Source of the DNA: an uncultured Acidobacteriota bacterium
GTDB taxonomy: Bacteria; Acidobacteriota; Vicinamibacteria; Marinacidobacterales; DATDRI01
NCBI GenBank assembly: GCA_963697355.1
Contig: CAVONV010000002.1
Coordinates: 56,372-120,371, forward strand
Direction: 5' to 3'
Length of the DNA stretch: 64,000 nucleotides
How positions within the stretch are numbered: position 1 is the first letter of the stretch; each line of letters begins with the position of its first letter. The notes beneath the pieces were generated by a model. The model ran no database searches, was not told the DNA's origin, and saw only the letters and a list, made by a program, of their open reading frames with translations. This document shows positions 48,371 to 57,831 of the stretch, piece by piece. The position numbers and the translations under genes are program-made.

Positions 48371-49348
48371 ATGAGGCGGTTGCGAGACTTGGCTGCTGCG
48401 GGACTCGTTCTGGCTCTGGCAGGTTGCGGCGAGCCACCTCCCGACGACCCCGTCATCGTCGAGATCGGTGAGCGTAGGATAACTCATTCCCAGTTCGAAG
48501 GTTACGTTGCGAACATGGTCGACGAACAGGCCCCATTTGCCGAAGGAGAGCTCAAGGCCGAGCTTCTGAGCCAATTCATCGATGAGCAGCTCCTTCTCAT
48601 GGAGGCGGATGCGAAAGGAATCGAGGTGGATCCGAGTGAAGTCGAGTCCTTGGCTTTCCAAGTCGAGTCCATGGCGAATGAGGGAGAGACGGGAAGCCCT
48701 GAGGATGCGGAAGCCCGTCGAGCAAGAACCCGCATGGATTTCGAGAGCCACCTTCGGGTGCGCCGACTCATCGACGAGAAAGTACTGAAGGACTTGGAGG
48801 TGGCGGAAGACGAGGTGGCTCGGTACTACGAAGAGCACCGAGAGTTCTACAAACGGCCGGAAGCCGTGGACATTTCTCAGATCTTGGTCGATTCGGAATC
48901 AGAAGCGACCCGGATAATGGAAGAGATCAAGAAGAGGCCCGCAAGTTTCGAGGAGTTGGCGCAGCAGCACTCGACGGGTCCGGAAGCTTCACGGAAAGGA
49001 CACCTCGGTACCTATCGGAAGGGCGAGCTTCCGCCGGCGTTCGAGAACGAAGTGTTCTCGCTTCCCAAGGGTGGATTGTCGGAGGTGGTCGAGACCGACT
49101 TTGGTTTTCACATCTTTCGTGTGAACGAGATACGACGGTCTCGGGAGCTCAAGCTGGAAGAAGTGGCGGACGCCATCCGAGTCGAGCTCCTTCGCGAGAA
49201 GGGTGACGAGGCGATGGCCCTCTACATTGAGGAGCTCCGGAGACAGTATCCTGTCAAGGTCTTCGGCGACCGGTTGAGTTTTCCCTATACGGAGCGAGGC
49301 GCTGCAGCCAGCGAGCCCTCGCCCACCAGGCGACCGGCAGGTTTGTAG
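48371..49348 (+). CDS. SurA/PpiD-like peptidyl-prolyl isomerase (parvulin) lipoprotein
   Basis: Lipobox LALAGCG. PPIC rotamase domain DISQILV...GELPPAFENEVFSLPKGGLSEVVETDFGFHIFRV. Confidence 0.8.
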   Translation: MRRLRDLAAAGLVLALAGCGEPPPDDPVIVEIGERRITHSQFEGYVANMVDEQAPFAEGELKAELLSQFIDEQLLLMEADAKGIEVDPSEVESLAFQVESMANEGETGSPEDAEARRARTRMDFESHLRVRRLIDEKVLKDLEVAEDEVARYYEEHREFYKRPEAVDISQILVDSESEATRIMEEIKKRPASFEELAQQHSTGPEASRKGHLGTYRKGELPPAFENEVFSLPKGGLSEVVETDFGFHIFRVNEIRRSRELKLEEVADAIRVELLREKGDEAMALYIEELRRQYPVKVFGDRLSFPYTERGAAASEPSPTRRPAGL

Positions 49349-49378
49349 GTTCGCCATACTAATGTGGAGGTCAACATC

Positions 49379-50332
49379 ATGAAAAGAGCGCTCACGATGA
49401 TCTTCCTAGCCTATGTGCTGGGCCCTAATCTCGTGCGGGCTGAGGTAGTGGAGCGCATCGTTGCCAAAGTCAACGGTCAAATCATCACCAAGACTCAGTT
49501 GGACAAAGAATATCAGATGCTCATCGAGCGTCTCGGTCCTGCTCCTACCCCGGAGGAGGAAGAACGGCGTAGAACCGAGCTCCGAGGAGAGGTTCTCGAT
49601 TCGATGATCGACACAATGCTCATTATGCAGATTGCAGACGAACGAGGGCTCCGAGTTCCGCCGCGGTACTTCCAAGAGTGGAAGGCCAACATCATGAAGG
49701 AGATGAACATCGAGACCGAAGAGGATTTCCAGAGGCAGATCGAGATCCAAGGCTTGACGGAGGACGATCTCCGAGAGAACTTCGAGCGGAACTTGCTCAC
49801 CCAAGAGATCCGGCGGATGGAAGTCGAGAACAAAATCAACATCGCCCAGCCTGAGATCGAAAAGTACTACCGCGAGCACATCACGGACTATACTGAACCG
49901 TCCAAAGTGAGGATTCGCGAGGTCGTCGTCAAGTTCGAGGCCGGGGGCGAGGCTGAAGCGGAGCAGAGAGCCCGCCGTTTGCTGCAAGACATTCAGCAAG
50001 GTGCAGACTTCGCGGAAGTGGCGCGTCGTCACTCAGATGCTTCTTCCAAGGAGGCGGGAGGAGATTTGGGTTTCTTCGAGCAAAGAGAGCTAGCCGCACC
50101 ATTGGCCTCGGTGGCTTTTGAGATGACGCCGGGGGACATCAGTGATTTGATCCGCATGGATACGTCCTTCCGCATCATTCGAGTGGAAGAAAAAACGGAG
50201 GAAAAGACCATGACCTTGGACTCCGTCTACAATGACATTGGCAATGCTCTCCGGGAGGAATTGCTCCAAGAACAGACCGAGAAGTTCCTGAAACAGATTC
50301 GAGAGCAAGCCATTGTCGAAGTGAGGATATAG
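49379..50332 (+). CDS. SurA-like peptidyl-prolyl isomerase (parvulin), secreted
   Basis: GGAGG RBS 8 nt upstream of ATG 49379. Signal peptide. Rotamase domain IREVVVKF...DLGFFEQRELAAPLASVAFEM. Confidence 0.8.
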   Translation: MKRALTMIFLAYVLGPNLVRAEVVERIVAKVNGQIITKTQLDKEYQMLIERLGPAPTPEEEERRRTELRGEVLDSMIDTMLIMQIADERGLRVPPRYFQEWKANIMKEMNIETEEDFQRQIEIQGLTEDDLRENFERNLLTQEIRRMEVENKINIAQPEIEKYYREHITDYTEPSKVRIREVVVKFEAGGEAEAEQRARRLLQDIQQGADFAEVARRHSDASSKEAGGDLGFFEQRELAAPLASVAFEMTPGDISDLIRMDTSFRIIRVEEKTEEKTMTLDSVYNDIGNALREELLQEQTEKFLKQIREQAIVEVRI

Positions 50333-50449
50333 CATTTACACGGCACCTGGAGATGGACGTAGGTCCGACTTCACCGGTCGGGCGAGAGTGATCATAGATG
50401 CCGATCCTCACTGCTGGCTGAGGGATTCGGGCCGCTTGCAGGGTATCAA

Positions 50450-50750
50450 GGCGCTCCATGGTCAGAAGCCAGTAGGCAGCCAGTAGAAGTGACCAGAGGT
50501 CAGTGGGCGGTAGGCGGTGGACAGTGAAGAAAGAGGCCAGGGAACAGTGGCCAGTGAAGAAGAAAGTAGGCGGTAGGCCGTCCGCCTATTCAAGCTTAGG
50601 GCGGACCCGCCGACCGCCTTCGCATGAGCTTCGGCGAGGCCTTGACGTAGCTTGGGCGAAGGCGGGCTCGAGTTCTTGAGTTCTTCGCCGGAGAGGTTCC
50701 AACTTTGACTGCTTGACTGCCCAGTAAGGACATACAACAATCCGAAACGA
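50450..50750. repeat. Mosaic intergenic repeat block L (CTGG-unit tandems, a 43-nt core, a palindromic hairpin and octamer modules)
   Basis: The 43-nt core 50583-50625 is 42/43 identical in inverse orientation to 56005-56047. Flanking modules are also shared in the same inverse order. Confidence 0.55.
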
Positions 50751-50751
50751 G

Positions 50752-51030
50752 TTGGGAAAACCTTTGCGGCTAGACCTCTTTCTCAAACAATCCAGGCTGG
50801 TCAAGCGGCGTGCCCTAGCAAAAGAGCTTTGTGAGGATGGTGCGGTCCGTGTGAACGGGGGTGCGGCGCGTGCGGGAAAGGAAGTCACTGCGGGAGATCA
50901 ATTGAGCTTGAGACTATGGAGCCGCCTGCTCGATCTCGAGATTGTGCACATCCCCGAGCGGCCACCCTCGAAAGAGGAGGCGCGGAAGCTCTTTCGTATC
51001 CTATCTGAAAAACGCGTGGAAGAACCTTGA
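50752..51030 (+). CDS. S4-domain RNA-binding protein (Hsp15/YlmH-like), small
   Basis: RLDLFLKQSRLVKRRALAKELCEDGAVRVNG is an S4 fold. TTG start. Confidence 0.6.
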   Translation: MGKPLRLDLFLKQSRLVKRRALAKELCEDGAVRVNGGAARAGKEVTAGDQLSLRLWSRLLDLEIVHIPERPPSKEEARKLFRILSEKRVEEP

Positions 51031-52052
51031 AGGGAATCGAACCCATTGCCATTGGCCGCGGGGATCAGAAGGTCACGCTCGATCCACCCTTTATACTGGC
51101 ACCACTTGCCGGATACACCGACCGCGGCTTTCGGGGTTTGATTCGACAGATGGGCGGCTGCGGTCTGGTCGTGACAGAGATGGTGAGCTCGGAGGGGCTC
51201 ACGCGAGGGAGTCGGCTCTCGAAGGAGGTTGCCACCGTTACGCGCGAGGAGCAGCCGGTAGGCGTCCAGATCTTCGGTTCTCGTCCCGACCGGATGACTC
51301 GTGCCGCTCAGGTTGTCGAGGAGCTCGGCGCAAGTATGGTGGACATCAACATGGGGTGTCCTGTTCCTAAAGTGACTCGGACCGGGTCCGGTGCCGCACT
51401 GATGCAAGACATCTCGAAGGCTGCGGAGATCGTCTCGGGCATGGTGAAGGCGACTCGAATTCCCATCACGGCCAAAATTCGATCGGGTTGGGATCAGGAC
51501 CACATCAATGCACCGGAGCTTGCGACCGCCTTGGAAGAAGCCGGTGCTTCCGCCATTACGGTGCATCCCAGGTGTCGTAGCGAGCGACATCGAGGAAAAG
51601 CCGCTTGGAAAGTCATTGCTGCAGTGAAGCAAGCTGTTCGGATCCCGGTTATCGGTAACGGCGATGTCCACTCCGTTGCGGATGCCCGAGCTATGATCGA
51701 CGAAACGGGCGTGGACGGAATCATGATCGGCCGGGGAGCCCTCAGAAATCCTTGGGTCTTCCGGCAAATCGAAGAAGGATTCTCCGGCAAACCGATCCTG
51801 GGTCCTACATTGGAAGACTACCGGCAAGCGCTAGATGACTTCGTTGCCCGTTTGGGCGAGTACCTGCCGGAAAAGGTCGTGGTGAACCGCGTCAAGGCGC
51901 TCATCGGGTGGGTGACCAAAGGTCTTCCCGGTGGAGCAGAGCTGCGTCGAACCGTCTACGCGTCGAAGTCTCTCGAGGAAGTCTTGGGCATCGTCGAAGA
52001 CTACTTCTTGTCAGCCCCGGTCGACTCTCCCTTCTCTTTGCCCCGCCCTTGA
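51027..52052 (+). CDS. dusB: tRNA-dihydrouridine synthase
   Basis: LAPLAGYTDRGFR, the FMN-binding TIM barrel, and the catalytic Cys region MGCP. Confidence 0.85.
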   Translation: MKGIEPIAIGRGDQKVTLDPPFILAPLAGYTDRGFRGLIRQMGGCGLVVTEMVSSEGLTRGSRLSKEVATVTREEQPVGVQIFGSRPDRMTRAAQVVEELGASMVDINMGCPVPKVTRTGSGAALMQDISKAAEIVSGMVKATRIPITAKIRSGWDQDHINAPELATALEEAGASAITVHPRCRSERHRGKAAWKVIAAVKQAVRIPVIGNGDVHSVADARAMIDETGVDGIMIGRGALRNPWVFRQIEEGFSGKPILGPTLEDYRQALDDFVARLGEYLPEKVVVNRVKALIGWVTKGLPGGAELRRTVYASKSLEEVLGIVEDYFLSAPVDSPFSLPRP

Positions 52053-52139
52053 AATCCTCGGTGGCATTCGACATGAAATAGTAGCAACAAGCTAGGACAC
52101 ATCTTCACCGTTCGCTGTCTGCCGCCTACGGGCTCCTGC

Positions 52140-52330
52140 TTCACTGTCTACTGCCGACAGTCCCAATAGCTTCTTCTTCACTTCCAACTAACTTGCCGCG
52201 GGCAGGGGCAAGGGCACGGGCACGGGGCATCCGCACGAAGTTAGTCTCTGACGCGGCGGACGTCCTGACCGTGCAGATGCTGGTCACTGGCTGCTGTTTA
52301 CTGATTCTGGTGACTACTCTTCAGTCCATC
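52140..52330. repeat. Two-copy element: G-tract run plus conserved hairpin (copy 1)
   Basis: gcggggcaggggcaagggcacgggcacgggg (5 G-tracts), then the hairpin catccgcacg / cgtgcagatg. It is about 85% identical over about 130 bp to 62120-62260. Confidence 0.5.
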
Positions 52331-52334
52331 TCCC

Positions 52335-55070
52335 TCATTTCGTGCTCAAGCGCGAAAGCTCCCGGGGGCTCAGCGGAGTTGCCGGCCCCTGGTACAAGGC
52401 ATTGAAAAGGAGCTTGAAGGTGGCACGGGGCTGAGTGCGAAACGACACTTGACTCGCGAGCGCCACTACATTGCCTCGGCCAACTTTGAAAGCCATGACG
52501 TTGGCCTGGTCACGGAGAAGGTCCCCACCTAGGAGCCAGCCGCTTGCGACAAGATTGTCTTTGTCCGGGTACCGCGTGACCACTTCCGCCTCGATGTCGA
52601 AACCAGGCTTGATGCGATATGCCTGGTCGTAGCGAAAAAAGATCGGCCACTCGCTCGGCATACCGAAAGCGACTGGGTGGTTCGGGTTGAATTGATGTTC
52701 GAGTAATGAGCCTGGGCAGAAGAAAACCGTCGCGGCATTGACGACATTGTCCCGGAGTGTTTTCATGAGCTGAGTGGGGCTTTGAAAGGCCTCCTTGAGC
52801 ATCCGGTCGGCTTGGCTCTTCGGGATTTGTGGCTCGTCGCGCGGATCGGGACTCGCTGATCCGCCGGACCGTCGAGGAGGCTCGGGTAGCAGTTTCTCGA
52901 TGGGAAGGTCGCAAAGCTCGCGCGCTGTCTCGACCGAGCTCCCCAAGGCAACAAGAGTGCCTCCGTTCTCCACCCAACCGGCGAGCTTGTTCCATCCCGA
53001 TTCACCGATCCCATAGGCCCATTTCCAGTTCTCATCATGCCGGTCCTGTGAAAGCCCCTCGATCATCCGTGACTTGCTTGTACCGGCCGGAAGCACGATA
53101 ACGTCGTACTTGGATGAGAGGTCGCCCGCAAAATCGGTCGACGACATGACCTGATGGTTGAAACCATACTGCTCGAAGAGCCACATCATCCAGCCCGCCG
53201 GCATGTTGCCGGCGACCTTGTAGAGGCCAATGCGGGTAGGTGCCTTGATGCGATATCCGTCGATTCCGGGCGCCCGGTTAGTGGCGGATACCGCGAGGCC
53301 CGTCTCTTTGGATACCGTCTGCAAAACGGCCCCGGCCTTGCCTTTCGGAGGAACGATCCAGGTGCCAGGCGAATGTTGTTTCCCATCCGCCTGGAAGCCT
53401 TTGGCGGCTCGAAAGACGGGGACATTCTCTTTCTGCAGCCGAGCCAAGGCCAAAAAGCCGGCATTGGACTCGGGTCCGATGAGATAGGCCCAACTGGGTT
53501 TGTTTGGAAAGGACGCCGGAGGTGGTGTGATCTCCTCGAGAAGCTCGAGGTCCGCTTCGAATTTTCTCTCCACCTGACGTACATCCACTCCCATGAGCAT
53601 GCCGAGGGTTTGAGCCGTCACATCGTAGGGAGGAATGGGAGGCCCTCCTTCGAAATACCGCAAATCGGGATAGATCTGTTTCTCGAGCATCGTCTTGGCG
53701 TAGGCGCCACTTGGTTGGGCGAGGAGAACGACCCAGGAGCCGGCCGGATAGTCATGACCATCCGCAGCAAAAGCGGCCTTGGCCTGATGGATCTCCACGT
53801 CACCCGTGTCGAGAAGCTCCAGCATTTCATAAGCTTCGAACGGATCTCTCTGCTCGGCCGGAATCACGAAAGCAAAAGGAGATTCATCCCGATTCACCCA
53901 ATCACGATGGATCTTGTAGAAATTCTCGAGCCAGGCATCGCGATACTTCGCCATGTGCTTGAGGCCGCCGAACTCGGCGGTGATGGCGTAGTCCACGATA
54001 TCGCCCAGCCGCCAGATGCCCTTCTCGTAGGGTTTGGGAAAATTCCAACGGATTTCCTGGGGACCCAAAGGCGTGTCTTCTCCAGCCGGGTTCACGAATG
54101 GGTCGGCCAGATTGGCGCTGGCTAACTCGGTCAGAATGCGGGGTTGGCCGTGGTAGACCATGTACTGGCGGGCCGGCGCCCAGTAGTCGTATTGAGTCGC
54201 GTAGGTGACGCCGCCCTTACCGTCCGAGATGAGCTCCGCGGCCATGGCGAGGCCGATTTGCGCCTGTGCCTCGATGATAATGGGGTGGATGTTGGGGTCA
54301 TATGGATCCTTGAACGGCGGAACGAAGATCCGAGCCCCCGTCGACCCCATTTGATGCATGTCGTGGGTGAGCTGCGGATTGTAGACGTTCTGGACTTTCT
54401 CGATGGCAAGCCTCGTTTCAACCTGGGTGAACATGAACCAATCGCGGTTATCATCATGGCCAACATACTTATGATAAAGGTCCGGATAACGACGGTCGTA
54501 GCCGGTCCCTTTGTTGTCGTACCAGTGATCGATAACGAGCACCTGTCCGTCGGGATTTTGCGACGGAACGAGAAGCAAGACCGTGTTATCGAGAATCTGT
54601 TGGATCTCGGCGGAGTCCTCGGTGGCCATCCGATGGGCGATTTCGATGATGGCCTGCCCATTGCCTACTTCGGTTGCGTGGATAGTGGAAAAGAGGAGAT
54701 AAAAAGGTACTCCCTCATCGACCAACGCCATCGCTTCTGTCTCCGACAGCCCTCTCGGATTGGCGAGGCGGCCGGTAATCTCCACGAGTCGGTCCATCCG
54801 TGCCAAGTTTTCGGGCGAGCTTATCTTCACCAGCACATAGGGGTGGCCCATGGTCGACTTGCCGAGCTCCTCGAACGTGACGCGACCCGAGCCGGCCGCC
54901 AGATGTTGGAAATACTCCAACACTTTGGGATAGCGAGCCATCTCCCCATCGGTTCCAATCTCGAATCCAAAAAATTGCTGTGGAGTCTGGACCGGCTGAG
55001 CCATGCCTGGCGCAGCCAGGACGACCAAGCTCACCAGAGTCAGCGCGATCACCGAGAATCTATGTCTCAT
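52335..55070 (-). CDS. Large secreted M14-family (zinc carboxypeptidase-like) protein
   Basis: ATG 55070 gives the signal peptide MRHRFSVIALTLVSLVVLAAPGMA. Zinc motif HATE (HxxE). About 911 aa with C-terminal accessory domains. Confidence 0.7.
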   Translation of the reverse strand: MRHRFSVIALTLVSLVVLAAPGMAQPVQTPQQFFGFEIGTDGEMARYPKVLEYFQHLAAGSGRVTFEELGKSTMGHPYVLVKISSPENLARMDRLVEITGRLANPRGLSETEAMALVDEGVPFYLLFSTIHATEVGNGQAIIEIAHRMATEDSAEIQQILDNTVLLLVPSQNPDGQVLVIDHWYDNKGTGYDRRYPDLYHKYVGHDDNRDWFMFTQVETRLAIEKVQNVYNPQLTHDMHQMGSTGARIFVPPFKDPYDPNIHPIIIEAQAQIGLAMAAELISDGKGGVTYATQYDYWAPARQYMVYHGQPRILTELASANLADPFVNPAGEDTPLGPQEIRWNFPKPYEKGIWRLGDIVDYAITAEFGGLKHMAKYRDAWLENFYKIHRDWVNRDESPFAFVIPAEQRDPFEAYEMLELLDTGDVEIHQAKAAFAADGHDYPAGSWVVLLAQPSGAYAKTMLEKQIYPDLRYFEGGPPIPPYDVTAQTLGMLMGVDVRQVERKFEADLELLEEITPPPASFPNKPSWAYLIGPESNAGFLALARLQKENVPVFRAAKGFQADGKQHSPGTWIVPPKGKAGAVLQTVSKETGLAVSATNRAPGIDGYRIKAPTRIGLYKVAGNMPAGWMMWLFEQYGFNHQVMSSTDFAGDLSSKYDVIVLPAGTSKSRMIEGLSQDRHDENWKWAYGIGESGWNKLAGWVENGGTLVALGSSVETARELCDLPIEKLLPEPPRRSGGSASPDPRDEPQIPKSQADRMLKEAFQSPTQLMKTLRDNVVNAATVFFCPGSLLEHQFNPNHPVAFGMPSEWPIFFRYDQAYRIKPGFDIEAEVVTRYPDKDNLVASGWLLGGDLLRDQANVMAFKVGRGNVVALASQVSFRTQPRATFKLLFNALYQGPATPLSPRELSRLSTK

Positions 55071-55323
55071 GCCTCCGCTCCCTTCTGTTTCGTACGTGCT
55101 TGCTGGGTATTCCAATCCCTCAACGATGACGAGATTGTACGCGCGGCAGCGTCGCCGGTCGAATGCAAAGACTCCGCATCTGAACCGTACAATGACACTG
55201 TGCATTACGCTCGGCTGAGCTCCGAAGAACGCATCGAACCACTTGCCAAACACATAGTCGCTTTCCTCGTATGGCTGGAAGATCGTCAGTAAGATTTTCA
55301 AAATATACTGAAGTGCGCGAGGC

Positions 55324-55707
55324 TCAATCGTTTTGTTTGCCGCTCGTTACGTCCTGATACGATCTAAAGAAATATAAGTAAACCGTGACGATGAGGAGCA
55401 GCGCGACGGCGCTCACCAATAACCATTGGGGCGCTCCGAGGTAGATGATCTTTTCCAAGTAGTGGGTAATGAAAGAACCCTCGTAGGACTCGATTCCTGC
55501 CCTGACCCAAAGCCACTGTTCGAGGTAAGTGAGAGGGCAGATCCAAGCCCAGATTTCTATGGCCAAGCTGTAGAGCACAGCGGCTAAGTGCACGCACTTC
55601 CATCGGCGGGTTCGCCACAGAAAAAAGGCTCCCGTGACGACAAAGACAATCCAAAGGAAGTGCAAGAGAACAATCCCCTCGGCTGCCCATTTGTAGAGAG
55701 CTGGCAC
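55324..55707 (-). CDS. DUF2784-like small membrane protein
   Basis: Four TM helices; conserved CPLTxLE...G motif. Confidence 0.55.
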   Translation of the reverse strand: MPALYKWAAEGIVLLHFLWIVFVVTGAFFLWRTRRWKCVHLAAVLYSLAIEIWAWICPLTYLEQWLWVRAGIESYEGSFITHYLEKIIYLGAPQWLLVSAVALLLIVTVYLYFFRSYQDVTSGKQND

Positions 55708-55789
55708 TTTCGGCTCCTGTGGCGGTCTTCCCTTTTTTGCCGCTCGGTCTCTTCCAACAGACTTCCCTGCAATTGTACGTTTTCACCGA

Positions 55790-56330
55790 ACCGTCAAACA
55801 GTCAAAGTTAGGACTCCTCCGGCGAAGAACTCAAGGACTCGAGAAGACAGTGATTCGACCACTATGTCGACTGGATTTGTGCCCTTGACTGACCCAACTG
55901 GTCACTGTGAACCCGCCTTCGCTCATTGCGTCACGCTGTTGGCTTCCGCCTCCGTCGGCGGCGCCGATTCTTGCCACCGACCTTGGCGAGACTCGCCGAA
56001 GCGAATGCGAAGGCGGTCGGCGGGTCCGCGCTAAGCTTGAATAGGCGGACTGCCCACTGCCCACCGCCCACCGCCTACTTTCTTCTTCACTGGTAACTGG
56101 TCACTGGCTTCTGGCCTCTCTTCTTTTGCTGGTCACCCGCCTTCGCCGCCAAGTCTTATCATCGGCGGCTACCGCCTCCGTCGCTGAATCGATCGATGGG
56201 CCAGCGACTTCGGCGAGTCTCGCGGTAGCTCCGCAAGGGAGTCGGTCGAGACGGAGCGTAGGCGGACTGGTCACTGATCACTTCTACTGTCTGCCTACTG
56301 GCTTCTTTCCACTAACGGCGTATACTTGTG
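55790..56330. repeat. Mosaic intergenic repeat block R (internally duplicated unit of about 220 bp), inverted relative to block L
   Basis: Unit A is 55900-56125 and unit B is 56129-56330. They share cgccttcgc..ccgcctccgtcg..cttcggcgag.ctcgc..taggcggactg..cactg..ctggcttct. There is no ORF with coding-like composition. Confidence 0.55.
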
Positions 56331-56490
56331 CCCCGAGGTAGAGCGTCATGAAGCCCGCAACGAGCTCCCGATTTACGATTCCGAAACGAGACCAGAAGCG
56401 GAACTATTCTGCAGTGACGTGTATCCAAACAGAGTGAAAGGTATACGTATGCCACGAGATGAAGTGAACCACCGGTGCGGTAAGAAGTGG

Positions 56491-57831
56491 ATGGTCCGAA
56501 CGGCCGTGACGGTCACGATGACGGCTGCGATTGGTTTTGGATCCGTTCAAAAGAGTCAGGCACGAGAGATGTCTCCCTCTGTCCAGGAATCCCTTTCAGC
56601 CACAAAGAAACTGCAATCGGTCATTGAGGCGGCATGGGAGACCGGGCCCGACCTTGTCGAGAGCTTATCCAGGCTCGATGCGGAGGCGGCACTCGACCAG
56701 TCCTTTCGGGGTGTGGGCTCGCCGTATGTCCAATTCCAAATGGAGGGTATTGGCTCCGGATTTGACCCTCAGCCCAATGCCCAGCGGTACCTACGTCTGG
56801 GAACGCCCTTCGATCTTCCCTGGCATTTCGGTAAATCACGAAAGCTCGGGGGCGGACTCGAAGATTGGCAGGGTGTTGCCGCCGAGGCCGCTCGACTTCG
56901 GGTGGCTCAGAATGTGACTGTTGCGTGGTTGCGATTGGCCGCTGTCGAGGAAATGATCGGCGTCGAGGAACGTCGTTTGAGCCGGTTGGACCAAGCGGTC
57001 CGCCTCCAATCGGAACGCCTCCATTTGGGCGAGGTGGCCGGCATGGAGGTCATGCAACTCGAGCTCCAGAGGGCCAAGGATGCATCGATCCTGAGAGCTC
57101 TGGAGGCCGAGCAGCGGGCCATGCAAGCGGCGATCCGGCAGTTGGCCGGTGACGGGGTGGCGCTCCCGGCATTGGGAGATCTTCCCGCCCTTGCCGACGA
57201 TCTTCCGCCCTGGTCCATCGGTTGGGAAGGGGAAGGTGCGGAAGAAAAGGTGAAGAGGGGGCCCTACTTTTCCAGTCTGGACAGACGTACCGAAAAAGAA
57301 CTGTTATTGCGCGATCTGATTGACGCCACGGCATGGGGACGACCGGAAATCCAAGTGGAGTGGGAGCACATTCCCGCCTTAGAAGGACTCCCTTCGTTCG
57401 ATGCCTTCGGTTTCAACTTGTCCGTTCCTCTGCCTCTGGGAAAAAGAGGTGGGCAGACAAAGGCGACGGCCCAAGCGGAAGCCAGAGCCGCCGCCGCCGC
57501 CCGCGAGCGTGGTCGTCGCGAATTGGTGCAAAGGGCCGAGGCCGCCTGGGCAGAGGTGGAATCCGCAACGGCAAGGCTCAAAGAAACGGAGCCCCTTTTG
57601 GATCGCTTGCCACGAACCGAGCGCTCGTTGAGCGAGCAGTTTCGCCTCGGGGCCATTACTTATTTGGTTTATATCGATGGCCTCGCTCGATTGGACGATC
57701 TCATGGTTCAACGGATCGAGGCCTTCGAAGCTTTTGTGAGGTCACGGTTGGAATTGGCCGTCCTGTTAGGGGATAGCAACTCTTTTCCCCTTCCACCCTT
57801 CAGGGCGGTAGACACCGAGGAGGCGAACTGA
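56491..57831 (+). CDS. Outer-membrane efflux protein (TolC/CzcC family)
   Basis: Signal peptide MVRTAVTVTMTAAIGFG. Two repeated coiled-coil/beta-barrel halves. It lies upstream of MFP and RND genes. Alternative starts are 56449 and 56326. Confidence 0.8.
   Translation: MVRTAVTVTMTAAIGFGSVQKSQAREMSPSVQESLSATKKLQSVIEAAWETGPDLVESLSRLDAEAALDQSFRGVGSPYVQFQMEGIGSGFDPQPNAQRYLRLGTPFDLPWHFGKSRKLGGGLEDWQGVAAEAARLRVAQNVTVAWLRLAAVEEMIGVEERRLSRLDQAVRLQSERLHLGEVAGMEVMQLELQRAKDASILRALEAEQRAMQAAIRQLAGDGVALPALGDLPALADDLPPWSIGWEGEGAEEKVKRGPYFSSLDRRTEKELLLRDLIDATAWGRPEIQVEWEHIPALEGLPSFDAFGFNLSVPLPLGKRGGQTKATAQAEARAAAAARERGRRELVQRAEAAWAEVESATARLKETEPLLDRLPRTERSLSEQFRLGAITYLVYIDGLARLDDLMVQRIEAFEAFVRSRLELAVLLGDSNSFPLPPFRAVDTEEAN

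Noticed and set aside
52193-52405. 70-aa ORF, and its look-alike 62113..62322 sharing ARGIRTKLVSDA
   Set aside because: The shared peptide is a by-product of the two copies of the G-tract/hairpin repeat. Composition is non-coding-like.
50450-56330. Integron, attC array or composite transposon interpretation of the inverted repeat blocks
   Set aside because: No integrase or transposase is present. The enclosed genes include housekeeping dusB and face in mixed orientations. The same modules occur at many other intergenic sites, which favours a dispersed REP/BIME-like family. No clear R'/R'' GTTRRRY cores were found.
55790-56330. CRISPR array
   Set aside because: The repeats are degenerate, of unequal length and without regular unique spacers, and no cas genes are present.
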